This document shows, one piece after another, positions 27,572 to 36,633 of a DNA stretch of 64,000 nt. The stretch's first letter is position 1. The number at the start of each line of letters is the position of its first letter. Origin of the DNA: an uncultured Chloroflexia bacterium (GTDB lineage Bacteria; Chloroflexota; Anaerolineae; CG2-30-64-16); NCBI GenBank assembly GCA_963783655.1, contig CAWAOA010000001.1:444-64443 (forward strand), given 5' to 3'. Both the position numbers and the translations under genes were made by a program. The notes beneath the pieces are model-generated. The model saw only the letters and a list, made by a program, of their open reading frames with translations. It was not told where the DNA came from and did not search any database.

Positions 27572-28521
27572 TAGAAAATGGCGATAGGATTGAAGGGAGA
27601 ACCGGTGCCTTTGGGTAGCCGCAGCGGGGCGATGACGACCATAAACTCAAGGCGGCCCTCTTCTTCACATACCCCGGCGAGTTCTTCGAGCTGCAAGCTG
27701 TCCGCGCACACCATGCCCATGGCGGTGATCTGCAGCGGGTGGATGGGGTATTGGATGCCTTCCACGAAAGACGGCACCAGCTCACCGTCTCCGTCCGGCA
27801 AGAACACGGCTACCTCGCGTTCGTGCAGCAATGTCAGCGCATACGGGTCCAGTCCGGCCCGGCCCTGCCCCGTGTAACCGGGGTCCCAGGCGCCCAGCTC
27901 CAGTCGCCGCCGGTGGTGTCCGGTGCGCAGCACCATGAAATCGCCTGACTCCAGGCGTACCCCTCCGGCCTGCTCGACGGCTTCAATCTCCGCCCGTGTG
28001 ATGATCTCACCCGGTTCCAACCAGGGAACGCCACGATAGCGAGCGACATCGATCATCACCCCGCGCCCCACCAACCCGTTGGCGTAACGGGTGATGTCCA
28101 ACGTCTCCGCGCCATGGACGGTCATCAGGCCGGCGGGGCGCCCGTTGTAGAGCCGGCCCTTATAGGCGATGTGGCACAGGGCATCGATATGGGTGTGGCA
28201 GTCACCGTGGAACTGCATCCCGAGGAAATCCGTGGCGAAGCGCACGTCACCCGAGCCGATATCGACGTCGTGGGTGTTGGCCACGTAGTAAATGGCCGGA
28301 TTGGGGTTATCCGGGCCGGCGACCGTGTTGACCGGTAGGGACATCGAGACGCTCCGGCCGCTGCGAACCAGGCCGGCTGCGCGCCGGACCGTGGCCGGGG
28401 TTACGTAGTTCAGCGTGCCGAGCTCGTCGTCCGGACCCCATTTGCCCCAATTCTTGAGCGATTCGAACAGCCTGTCGAAGTCCGCGATGGACATTTCGTG
28501 TTTTGCGTCTGTCCGGAGCAT
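27571..28521 (-). CDS. Cyclase-family protein (kynurenine formamidase-like fold), intact.
   Basis: GGGAGA lies 5 nt before ATG 28521 (MLRTDAKHEMSIADFDRLF). ..GTLNYVTPATV..QFHGDCHTHIDALCH..GVMIDVARY..GDFMVLRTGH.. Single frame within ORF 27571-28563. Confidence 0.75.
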   Translation of the reverse strand: MLRTDAKHEMSIADFDRLFESLKNWGKWGPDDELGTLNYVTPATVRRAAGLVRSGRSVSMSLPVNTVAGPDNPNPAIYYVANTHDVDIGSGDVRFATDFLGMQFHGDCHTHIDALCHIAYKGRLYNGRPAGLMTVHGAETLDITRYANGLVGRGVMIDVARYRGVPWLEPGEIITRAEIEAVEQAGGVRLESGDFMVLRTGHHRRRLELGAWDPGYTGQGRAGLDPYALTLLHEREVAVFLPDGDGELVPSFVEGIQYPIHPLQITAMGMVCADSLQLEELAGVCEEEGRLEFMVVIAPLRLPKGTGSPFNPIAIF

Positions 28522-28593
28522 GTGTCTCCCTGTATTCCTTCGGTAACGATGTTCGAGCACCATTATACGGCGGCCGTAGTCCGAATGATCCGC

Positions 28594-29301
28594 TCACTTT
28601 CCAGACCTGGCCACTTCAATCATCCCTGCCAAGAACACGTCGACCGCTGCTGCTGCCATGCTCTCGGCAGTGAGTGTCTGCGAGTCCCCCACCGGCAGGA
28701 TCTCGCACGTCATCGCGTACAGAAAGAGTGGGCCCACGAAGCAGCGCGCGGCGGCGCCTACGTCCATCCGGCGCAACACGCCCGCGTCCATCTGGGCGGC
28801 GAGGTAACGGCTCAGGCTTTCGAGGGTCCGGCCGGACACCGAAGCCGTCCAGGCGTCGGCCACCGGAGGGCGGCGCGTGGCCTCGCTGAGCATCACCCGG
28901 AACAGGGCGACGTTGCGAGCATCGCTCAGCCGCCCCAGCAGCCCCGAGGCGAAGGTCATCAGCGCTTCACGCGGCGACACCGCCAACAGGGCATCCTCGC
29001 TGCCCCACTCCTGCAGCGCCGGGGATCTGGCTTCCACGACCTGCCGCAAGAGGCCGGCCTTGTCCTTGAAGTAGTAGTAGAGAAGGGCGCTCGAGCCGAT
29101 CCCGGCTGCCCTGGCTATCTCCTCGTTGGTCGCCCCGTCAAAACCCTTCTCGGCAAAGACCACCAGCGCGGCATCGATGATCTGCTGCCGTTTTCTCTCG
29201 TACTCAACCTTGTCGCGAATGCGCACCTTGCCACCTCGTGCGTGGATTCCCTGGTGGATCTGGCCCTTGACTTTACGCCAGGGCATGGAGTATTCTATCA
29301 T
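28594..29301 (-). CDS. TetR-family transcriptional regulator, intact (start may be 29286).
   Basis: HTH region KRQQIIDAALVVFAEKGFDGATNEEIARAAGIGSSALLYYYFKDKAGLL. 235-aa ORF. The first ATG abuts the palindromic operator. Confidence 0.85.
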   Translation of the reverse strand: MIEYSMPWRKVKGQIHQGIHARGGKVRIRDKVEYERKRQQIIDAALVVFAEKGFDGATNEEIARAAGIGSSALLYYYFKDKAGLLRQVVEARSPALQEWGSEDALLAVSPREALMTFASGLLGRLSDARNVALFRVMLSEATRRPPVADAWTASVSGRTLESLSRYLAAQMDAGVLRRMDVGAAARCFVGPLFLYAMTCEILPVGDSQTLTAESMAAAAVDVFLAGMIEVARSGK

Positions 29302-29321
29302 TGACTGACCGGTCAGTCAAT
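29300..29321. promoter_or_regulatory. 22-bp perfect palindrome, candidate TetR operator in the divergent intergenic region.
   Basis: ATTGACTGACC|GGTCAGTCAAT, read directly. It lies between the TetR gene (minus) and the PEP-utilising enzyme gene (plus). Confidence 0.65.
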
Positions 29322-29424
29322 AGATTCGCCTGGCTCTTTACCGGACCTGCGAGTGCACAGGGACCGGCCGGGCGCTGCCGGCGCCGGTCCGGTAAGGAGC
29401 CAGGTGGCTTACAGGAGCAAGACC

Positions 29425-31991
29425 ATGCAGCAGCGCGTGAATGCGACTGGTGAGGATACCGTAACCGAAAAGCTGGTGCTCTCGCTGCGCGAGCTCGGCC
29501 GGGGCGACCTGGCGATAGCCGGCGGAAAGGGAGCCAACCTGGGGGAACTCGTGCGCGCCGGCTTCCCCGTTCCGCCCGGTTTCGTGATCACGACCGCCGC
29601 GTACGACCGGTTCGTGGCTGCCGGCGGTTTGGGCGACGCAGTCGCCGCGGTCGATGGGACCAAGTCCGGATCGACTTGCCGCCGTCCGGGAGGCGTTCGC
29701 ACACACGCCAATCCCACGCGAGGTCGAGAGCAGCATCCTGGCGGCATACGGGGAACTTGGCGAAAGCCCGGTGGCGGTGCGTTCGAGCGCGACGGCCGAA
29801 GACCTGCCTGAGGCAGCGTTCGCGGGGCAGCAGGACACGTTCCTCAACGTCACCGGGGGCGAGGCGCTGCTGGATGCGGTGCGGCGCTGCTGGGCGTCGC
29901 TGTGGAACGAGCGCGCCGTCGCCTATCGCGAACGGCAGGGGCTCGGGAGCCTGACGCCGAAGCTCGCCGTGGTGGTGCAGCGCATGGTCGCGCCGGACGT
30001 AGCCGGCGTGATGTTTACCGCTAACCCGGTGACGGGCGCCAGGAACGAGATCGTGATCGATGCGAGCCCCGGGCTGGGCGAGGCCGTGGTATCGGGCGCC
30101 GTGACGCCGGACCATTTCGTGCTCGACCGGCGCGGGCGGAGCCAGCAGTGGCAGCCGGGACGGCGAGAGGTGGTGATTCGCGCCAGCGCGGGCGGCGGCA
30201 CGGAGCAGGTGGCAGGCTCCATGCATCAGAATGGCCCCGTGCTGCCCGAACCGGCCCTTCGCCAACTGGCAACGCTGGGCACGGCGATCGAGGCGCATTT
30301 TGGCGGGCCGCAGGACATCGAATGGGCCTGGCACGACGGCAGCGCCTCTCATCCTGCAGGCGCGCCCGGTCACCGCGCTGCCTGAGCCCGTGCCGGAACC
30401 CGGCCTGCCCATGCGGATGCTCGCCGGGATCTTTGCCGAGATGTTCCCGGTCCGGCCATACCCGCTTGACATGACCGTGTGGTTGCCGGCGCTCTCGGCG
30501 GCTGCAGTGGAGCCTCTCTTCTCGTTGGTCGGGGTCTCGGCGCCGCCGATCACGGCGATGATCACCCAGGAAGACGGCGTCCCCGTGCGATTCAGCGGGC
30601 AATTGCGCGTGCGTCCAACCCTGGCGCTGCTGCTGGCTCCCCTGCGGGTACTCTGGCTGGCGATTCGTTACGACCCCATCCGCTACCACGCCGACCGGCG
30701 CCGGATCGACGCGCGCCGGCGCGCCCGTGCGCTGGCGGCGCGCGAAGTGGAAGCGCTATCGTGGCGCGACCTGCTGGCACTCGTCCGGGAAACCCTGGCG
30801 CTGCCACTGCCCCTGGCGGGCGAACCGCGGCGGAGATACTACCCGCGCGCGCTGCTCGCCGCCGGGCTGCTGCGGATCGTTCTTGGCATTCTCGGCCGCG
30901 GTCGCAGCTTCGGCACGCTGCTCTCCACCGGCATCGAGAGCGAAACGGTGAAGTCCAACCGGGAGATAGCGGCGCTGGCCGAGCGCGTTCGATCGAGCCC
31001 ATCCCTGGCTGCCCTCTTCGCGGAGCACGAAGCCGCCGAACTGCAGCCGCTTCTGGTCGAAACCGAGGACGGACGGGCTTTTCAGGCGGAATTCGACGGG
31101 TTCACGGAGCGCTACGGGCATCGCGAGACAGTGTTGAGCACCGCCCTGGAGCCAACGTGGCAAGATGCGCCCGCGGTCGTGCTGGGCATGGTGAAGGGAA
31201 TGGCGATGGTCGCTGCACCCGCACATGAGCAGCGGCCGGCGTGGGAAGCTGCACGAAATGGGGCGCTGGCGCACCCGCTGCTGCGGCCCGCATTTGCCCG
31301 TTCCGCCTTCAATGCCTTGGTGGCGACGGCGCGCTGCCTGTGGGTGATCCGCGAAGACTCGCACTTCGATGCCACGTTGATCCTGCCGGGGCTGAGACGC
31401 ATCCTGCTCGAGCTGGGCCGGCGTCTGGTGGATGTGGGGGTGCTCGAGGCTCCTGAGGACATTTTCCATCTCCGGTTCGAAGAGCTCGTGCGCGCCGGCA
31501 GAAGCTGGCCCCCGGCGGCAGGGCTGATGGATGAGTTGCGAACCGCCGCGCGGCGGCGCAAGGCGCGGCGGGCGGAACTGGAGAATGTGCCGTTCGTCGA
31601 TCCGCGGCTTTTCCGCCAGGCCGGGTCAAAGCCGGGCGAGGAGGGAGAGATCGTGCTGCGCGGCGCTCCGGGAAGCCCGGGCGTGGCGGAAGGTCCGGTC
31701 CGGATCATCACGGGAGCATCTGAGTTTGGCATGCTCCGCGCAGGTGAGGTCCTCGTCGCCCCGTACACGAATCCCGCCTGGACCCCGCTCTTCCAGCGGG
31801 CAGCGGCCGTCGTGGTGGATGCGGGCGGCACGGGATCGCACGCCGCCATCGTGGCACGGGAGTACGGCATCCCGGCCGTGATGGGCACTGCCGATGGCAC
31901 GCGGCAGCTGGCGAATGGCGAACAGGTGCGGGTAGACGGCACGCGGGGGCTGGTGTTCAGGAGCCGCGGAGCGGATGAAGCGCAGGCATGA
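29425..31991 (+). CDS. PEP-utilising enzyme, PpsA/rifampicin-phosphotransferase-like three-domain architecture, 2 frame breaks.
   Basis: AGGAG precedes ATG 29425. LRELGRGDLAIAGGKGANLGELVRAGFPVPPGFVITTAAY. VAVRSSATAEDLPEAAFAGQQDTFLNV. C-terminal swivel-His domain VLVAPYTNPAWTPLFQRAAAVVVDAGGTGSHAAIVAREYGIPAVMG (ORFs 29353-29811, 29654-30385, 30231-31991). Confidence 0.85.
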
Positions 31992-32090
31992 ACCGGCCGC
32001 GGCGGCCAGCCGGCTGGAAGCACATGATGGGCGGCAGGTTGCGGTTCGCTGAGGGGATCGGGCGGCGCGACTGCCAGGTGGTTCGCGCAT

Positions 32091-32267
32091 CGGGGCGTCC
32101 TTCGTCAGGCTCAGGATGGAGTTGTTAGGGGTTACCATCAGTGTGAACGGTGCTGTGCAGGGACCCCGCACTTGGGTGGAAAAACCCAGCGTTACCCCTG
32201 GACGAATCCACAAGCCTTGATGCGTACCACTAACAACTCCATCCTGAGCCTGACGAAGGACGCCCCG
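32091..32267. mobile_element. 177-bp MITE-like element with 38-bp perfect terminal inverted repeats.
   Basis: 32091-32128 CGGGGCGTCCTTCGTCAGGCTCAGGATGGAGTTGTTAG. 32230-32267 is its exact reverse complement. The core is 101 nt. Related copies are at 10523-10640 and, degenerate, at 8716-8752. Confidence 0.75.
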
Positions 32268-32332
32268 TCGCCCAGCCAACCCTCATCCGCGCCGGTCGCA
32301 GCGCCGCCACTGTACAGCGCGGAGAGGAGCCA

Positions 32333-33481
32333 TCAGTTCCCCGACGCAGCGACCTTAACAACCTCTGGGGAGTGTGCACCTGCGGCCGCTTGCGCCGGGC
32401 GCAGCAGCAGCCAGGCGGCTGCGAAGAAGCCGAGCTCGGCTGCGAGTGAGAGCAGCCGTGAGAGCAGGGCCACGATGAGCGCCTGGGGACCGGTCACGAA
32501 CGGGCTCAGCAGCACCACGATCGCGCCCTCTCTGACCCCGATGCCACCCGGGCTGAGCGGATTCAGAAAGCCGGCCAGCCAGGAGAGGGTGGAAACCCCG
32601 ATCGCCAACTTCAGCATCTCCAGGTCCAGCCGAGGATCGGCCGCCACCATCAGCGCATAGAAGCTGACGCCCATCAGCAGCCACATGGCTGCGTAGTGCA
32701 GGGTAGCCAGCAGCAGGTTGCCGAGGCGAGCCGCGAAGGGGACTCCGGCCAGCCGCGCCATCGCTTCACCGATACCGTTTTCGCTCGGGAACACGCGCTG
32801 CGCTAGCGGAGGGGCCACGAGGAGGAGCAGACTGATGAACGCGGACCCGGCCAGGACCAACCAGGCGGCGTTGCCGTACCACGAAGATGCAAGCCCTGCC
32901 AGGGCGAGACCCACGGCTGCAACGAGAGCGCCCGACAGCACCTGCGTCGTCATCTCGAACAACAGCGCGGCGGAAGACAGCCCGGCATCGTGACCCAATC
33001 CCCGCAGAAGCAGCACTCGTCCCGGCAGGATCCAGAAGCTGCCGGGCAGGTACTTCATCAGCTGAGATCCGAAGTACGCAAGCGCGCTGTGCCGGTAGGC
33101 GATGCCGCTCGCCGCGCTGCGCGTAAATGCCACCATAGCAGTGGGGAGGAAGAGGGAAGCCAGTACCAGCGCCGCGAGCGATACGAGCAGGGCCGGCGCC
33201 TGCAGCCGCCCCGCGAGGAGCCCCAGCGCATCCCAATCCGCCACCGACTGCCGCGCGATGGGGAGCAGGCAGAGCGCAATCACCGCGACCTGCGCTACCA
33301 GCCTGATTCTGGGCGATCCGATCCGGGAGCCGGCAGCCTCGAGAGCCCCACGGACCCACTGGCGAATTCCGGCCATGCTGCCGGCCAGACCGGCTCTCAG
33401 CGGGTAAGGTGGTGAGAGCGGCAGCAGGTCACTACCCCGAACGGCGCGCGCCGGACGAGGGGCGGCGATAGCGCCTTTCAC
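32333..33481 (-). CDS. Flippase-like / lysylphosphatidylglycerol-synthase TM-region family membrane protein (UPF0104-type), intact.
   Basis: 382-aa ORF with many TM segments and a C-terminal ..FLNPLSPGGIGVREGAIVVLLSPF.. motif. The GTG start 33481 overlaps the upstream stop (GTGA). Confidence 0.65.
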   Translation of the reverse strand: MKGAIAAPRPARAVRGSDLLPLSPPYPLRAGLAGSMAGIRQWVRGALEAAGSRIGSPRIRLVAQVAVIALCLLPIARQSVADWDALGLLAGRLQAPALLVSLAALVLASLFLPTAMVAFTRSAASGIAYRHSALAYFGSQLMKYLPGSFWILPGRVLLLRGLGHDAGLSSAALLFEMTTQVLSGALVAAVGLALAGLASSWYGNAAWLVLAGSAFISLLLLVAPPLAQRVFPSENGIGEAMARLAGVPFAARLGNLLLATLHYAAMWLLMGVSFYALMVAADPRLDLEMLKLAIGVSTLSWLAGFLNPLSPGGIGVREGAIVVLLSPFVTGPQALIVALLSRLLSLAAELGFFAAAWLLLRPAQAAAGAHSPEVVKVAASGN

Positions 33482-33696
33482 AGGCGGTCATCCGTGCGCT
33501 CGATGCGCCGCTGGAGTGCAATCAGCATGATCGCACCGGCAATCGATGCGATTCCCAGCAGCAGCATTACCGCCTTTGCGCCATCGTTCTGCAGAAATCC
33601 CATCGCCGGGTTGAACTGGTCCACGATGACCAGGACGATCAGCATCCCGGCCAGGATAATGCCGGTGTGTGGTATGGCTTTGGCTATCGTCTTCAT
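33478..33696 (-). CDS. Small two-TM membrane protein (72 aa).
   Basis: MKTIAKAIPHTGIILAGMLIVLVIVDQFNP..AVMLLLGIASIAGAIMLIALQRR. Its stop is coupled to the downstream gene start. Confidence 0.5.
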   Translation of the reverse strand: MKTIAKAIPHTGIILAGMLIVLVIVDQFNPAMGFLQNDGAKAVMLLLGIASIAGAIMLIALQRRIERTDDRL

Positions 33697-33714
33697 TCGG
33701 ATCGCCTCTCGATC

Positions 33715-34859
33715 TCATTCCCCAATGTAGATGATGTCGGTCGTCGTCCGCCCGCCCTCGGTGGGCTGATTGGTCAGGCTGCCCGCGAAGGCCATGGCCG
33801 ACGTCTTCCCGCCGTCCAGGTTGTACGCCACCTTGCAGCCGAGGTCCTGGAACAACGCCGACAGCTCGGCCAGCGACATCCCGTCCGAGTAACCGGCCTG
33901 CCGGCCGTCCACAACCACGAAGACGTAATGTCCGGGCTCGTAGTAGCCGATGGCGGTGCGGGGATTATCGCGGCTGATGACACCCGTGAAGTTGGAGAGG
34001 GCTTTGCCTTCGGCGGACAGGAGAGACGGACCGAAACTCCACGCCTGGTACGCGCCCGCCGCCATCACCTTCTGCGCATCGAACTGGGCCGCCGTGTAGG
34101 TCTTCATGGTACCGTCGTGGAAGAGAACGGCCACATCGCCGTCCGGCTTAGCGTTGTACAGGGTGCCATTCCGGATGACCACGCCGATCGAGCCTACGCC
34201 GTAGTGATCGCCGTTGACGGCAGCGATGGCATCGTTTTCCTGCGCCATCTTCAGCACCGAATCGGTGATCGATTTGCCGTAGGTATTCTGCGCGAAAGCG
34301 GTGCGGAGGTTCTGGATGCTGCGGATATAGATGTCTTGCACATAGTACGTGACCCCGTTACGCTGCATTTTGGTCAGCGTCACGTTCACGTTCTCGCTGC
34401 GATAGCTACCGGCCGTGGATATCACTTCCCCGCTCGTGAACTTGCCGGCGAAAGCAGTGCCGCTCAGGCCGGTGGGTACGGCAGTCGGGACCGCGTGCTC
34501 TGGACGGCGGCCGCGGCCCCGGATGTACCCTGGTTTCCGGCCACACTCACCGGCTCTGCTTGACCCACCGGATCTTGAACCGCTGCTGCGCCGGTGAAGG
34601 ATGCAGGGATTGCGGGGCTTGCGGGTTCGGAGACTGCCATACCCGAACCATCCCCGGCGGAGCCGGTAGTGACACCCGCAGAAATGGAGCCGGGACTCTG
34701 CGATGAAGACGTGATGGTCTCGGGCTTCACCACCGCGTATGCCTGTGGCAGCACCATATGAAACAGGGAGAAGACGCTCAGCGCCGCAGCGATCAGCAGG
34801 ATGTCGATCGCCGCCAGCAGCGCAACAGGCGCCGGTTTCTTTCGTGGGCTCGCGGCCAT
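33715..34859 (-). CDS. Membrane-anchored phosphodiester glycosidase family protein (DUF2233/NAGPA-like), 1 frame break near 34430-34500.
   Basis: N-terminus MAASPRKKPAPVALLAAIDILLIAAALSVFSLF (ORF 34464-34901). Catalytic part in ORF 33715-34425 (..AIAAVNGDHYG..RTAIGYYEPGHYVFVVVDGRQAGYSDGMSLAELSALFQDLGCKVAYNLDGGKTSAM). A GTG start at 34901 is an alternative. Confidence 0.75.
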
Positions 34860-35096
34860 GCGGTTGGGAGCGGATAGATGGTTAAGGTCAGATTGATTCA
34901 CGCGCTGATGCTCGCCGGTATTTATTATCGGGACCGGCGCGGTTCACGCTCTCCTGGACTGATGGCTGCTCACCAGGTATGGACCCCTCATTTGCAGGGA
35001 GCGTCCGCGCCGGACCCTTCGCACAGCATAGCGGCTGGAGATTTGGATTCCGTAAAGATCTCGTTGGGGTCGTATTTGATCTGAGGCAATAGGTGC

Positions 35097-35137
35097 GGCC
35101 GGGGTGTGGGGTGGGATACCCACCCCACACCCCGGCC
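35097..35137 (-). terminator. 19-bp GC-rich hairpin downstream of the 35214 gene end (no U-tract).
   Basis: GGCCGGGGTGTGGGGTGGG - ATA - CCCACCCCACACCCCGGCC, a perfect stem. Confidence 0.4.
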
Positions 35138-35213
35138 GGAAGCGCATGCACCGGTGGACTGCATCTGTCGCCGGGTCGAGGGCTTGCGCCTTCGCGAATC
35201 CTCGGCAGGGCGC

Positions 35214-35916
35214 CTACCCGATGTCACCCTCGTGCGCCGGCGAATCGGCAGCGGCCGGCCATCCTTGCTTTGGCCGGCTCACCCGCAATCCGGCCTGCCT
35301 CTGGAGATCGTGGGCGAACGCCGCAACCATACTCAAGAAGAGAAGACCAGGCATGCCTGCGATAGGGGCTAGAATGTAACTCGCCCCGTTCACACCAAAG
35401 AAATGGTTGAGGACGACGATGCCCGGCATCACCAGCAGCCAGTCAATCAGGCAGGCGGTGAAGAGCAGCGGCCACAACTTCGCCAGTACCCGCCGCGTGT
35501 TTTCAGACAGATGCGCTTTCCACCAGGTCAACGGCGCATTGATCCTGGTCGCAGCGGAGCCTACGATCACTCCGAGGATGGGTGGGCCGAAGCCGGCGCC
35601 CACGACCAGCATTACGGGGCAGAGGAGCATCAGAACCAGGCCGGCGTGCCGCCTCTCGACGAACAGGGTCGCCCACGCCAGGTAGACGAGAGAGACAAGG
35701 ATGGCGAGGATACCGGTGCCCAGGAGGTTGGGGATGATGGTCATCGCCGGCTCGCCTCCCAACACGCTGTAACGGTCCCTGCCCCGGCCAGGAGAGGATC
35801 ACGATGCCCGCGGGCGCCACGTTGCCCTGCAGTAGCTCGCCGATACCGTGCTCGAGACCGGCCATCGCAACCAGGCTGCCAAATGTGGAAACGATCATCC
35901 GCGTCGCGTTTCGCAT
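35214..35916 (-). CDS. Polytopic membrane protein, unknown function, 1 frame break near 35750.
   Basis: GAGGAGG lies 7 nt before ATG 35916 (MRNATRMIVSTFGSLVAMAGLEHGIGELLQGNVAPAGIVILSWPG). It continues in ORF 35214-35765 (..MTIIPNLLGTGILAILVSLVYLAWATLF..). Confidence 0.6.
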
Positions 35917-35929
35917 GTCGTCGCCTCCT

Positions 35930-36460
35930 CGCCGTCAACGGCGGCCGGAGCATTGCGCCCAGGTCGATCGCCCATGCGCGGATCGCCGCCCAGTCGCGCA
36001 GGTCGGTTGCCGCCACCCCGTGTAGAGGGCTGGCCGGCAGGCTGACAACCAGACGATCGACGAAGTGCAGCTTCGCCGGATCGAACTTGCCGGCGAACAC
36101 CCGCTGCTCGACCGGTTTGAGCCAGGGGTGCTTCGCCAGCGCCTCGTCCAGCATGTTGCGCGCCGCGTCGTGTTCGTGCTCGACGTCACGAAGCGGGCCA
36201 AGCGCAAAAACAGCCACCGGCAGCTTCATAAGAATCTCTCGATGCTGCAACAGGAAATTGTGGGCGTCTTTGTGCCATGCGCCCAGATAGAGTGGCGCAC
36301 CCAGCACGACGGCGCCGTACTCTGCCAGTGCCGCCACCTGGTGCGCGGGCCGGGTATCCACCCCGACGCCGCGTTCGTGCAGCGTCGCGGAGATCGTGTC
36401 TGCCACGCTTCGGGTCGAGCCATATCTGGAAGCGTAGACCACCAATACTTTTGTTTCCAT
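35930..36460 (-). CDS. Flavodoxin-domain protein (HemG/Flavodoxin_5-like), cytoplasmic paralog; the 3' end is uncertain.
   Basis: ATG 36460 (METKVLVVYASRYGSTRSVADTISATLHERGVGVDTRP..AVVLGAPLYLGAWHKDAHNFL..DLRDWAAIRAWAIDLGAML). As assembled the frame runs on past the next gene's RBS, so a hidden indel probably masks the stop. Confidence 0.7.
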
Positions 36461-36529
36461 CAAATCAGTCCCCCTCTGGCACTTATCGAGCCGAATTGTG
36501 AGCCGAGCATAACGGAGACCATGGTCCCT

Positions 36530-36563
36530 GGTCATCCATCCAAGGTTAGAAACAGGGGTTAGA
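36530..36563 (-). promoter_or_regulatory. MalT-box-like conserved motif plus promoter upstream of the flavodoxin-like gene (left copy).
   Basis: The reverse complement is TCTAACCCCTGTTTCTAACCTTGGATGGATGACC. TATGCT follows 18 nt later, and ATG 36460 lies 69 nt after the motif. Confidence 0.55.
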
Positions 36564-36633
36564 TTTCTTCCGGGTTGCCGGTTCTCTACCGGGTCGCCAC
36601 GATCGGCGGGTTGGAGTAGAATCAGATCCGAAA

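Noticed and set aside
31112-32023. 303-aa minus-strand ORF.
   Set aside because: It is antisense to the strongly supported C-terminal half of the PEP-utilising enzyme, including the GGTGSHAAIVAREYGIPAV motif, and has S/R/P-rich low-complexity composition.
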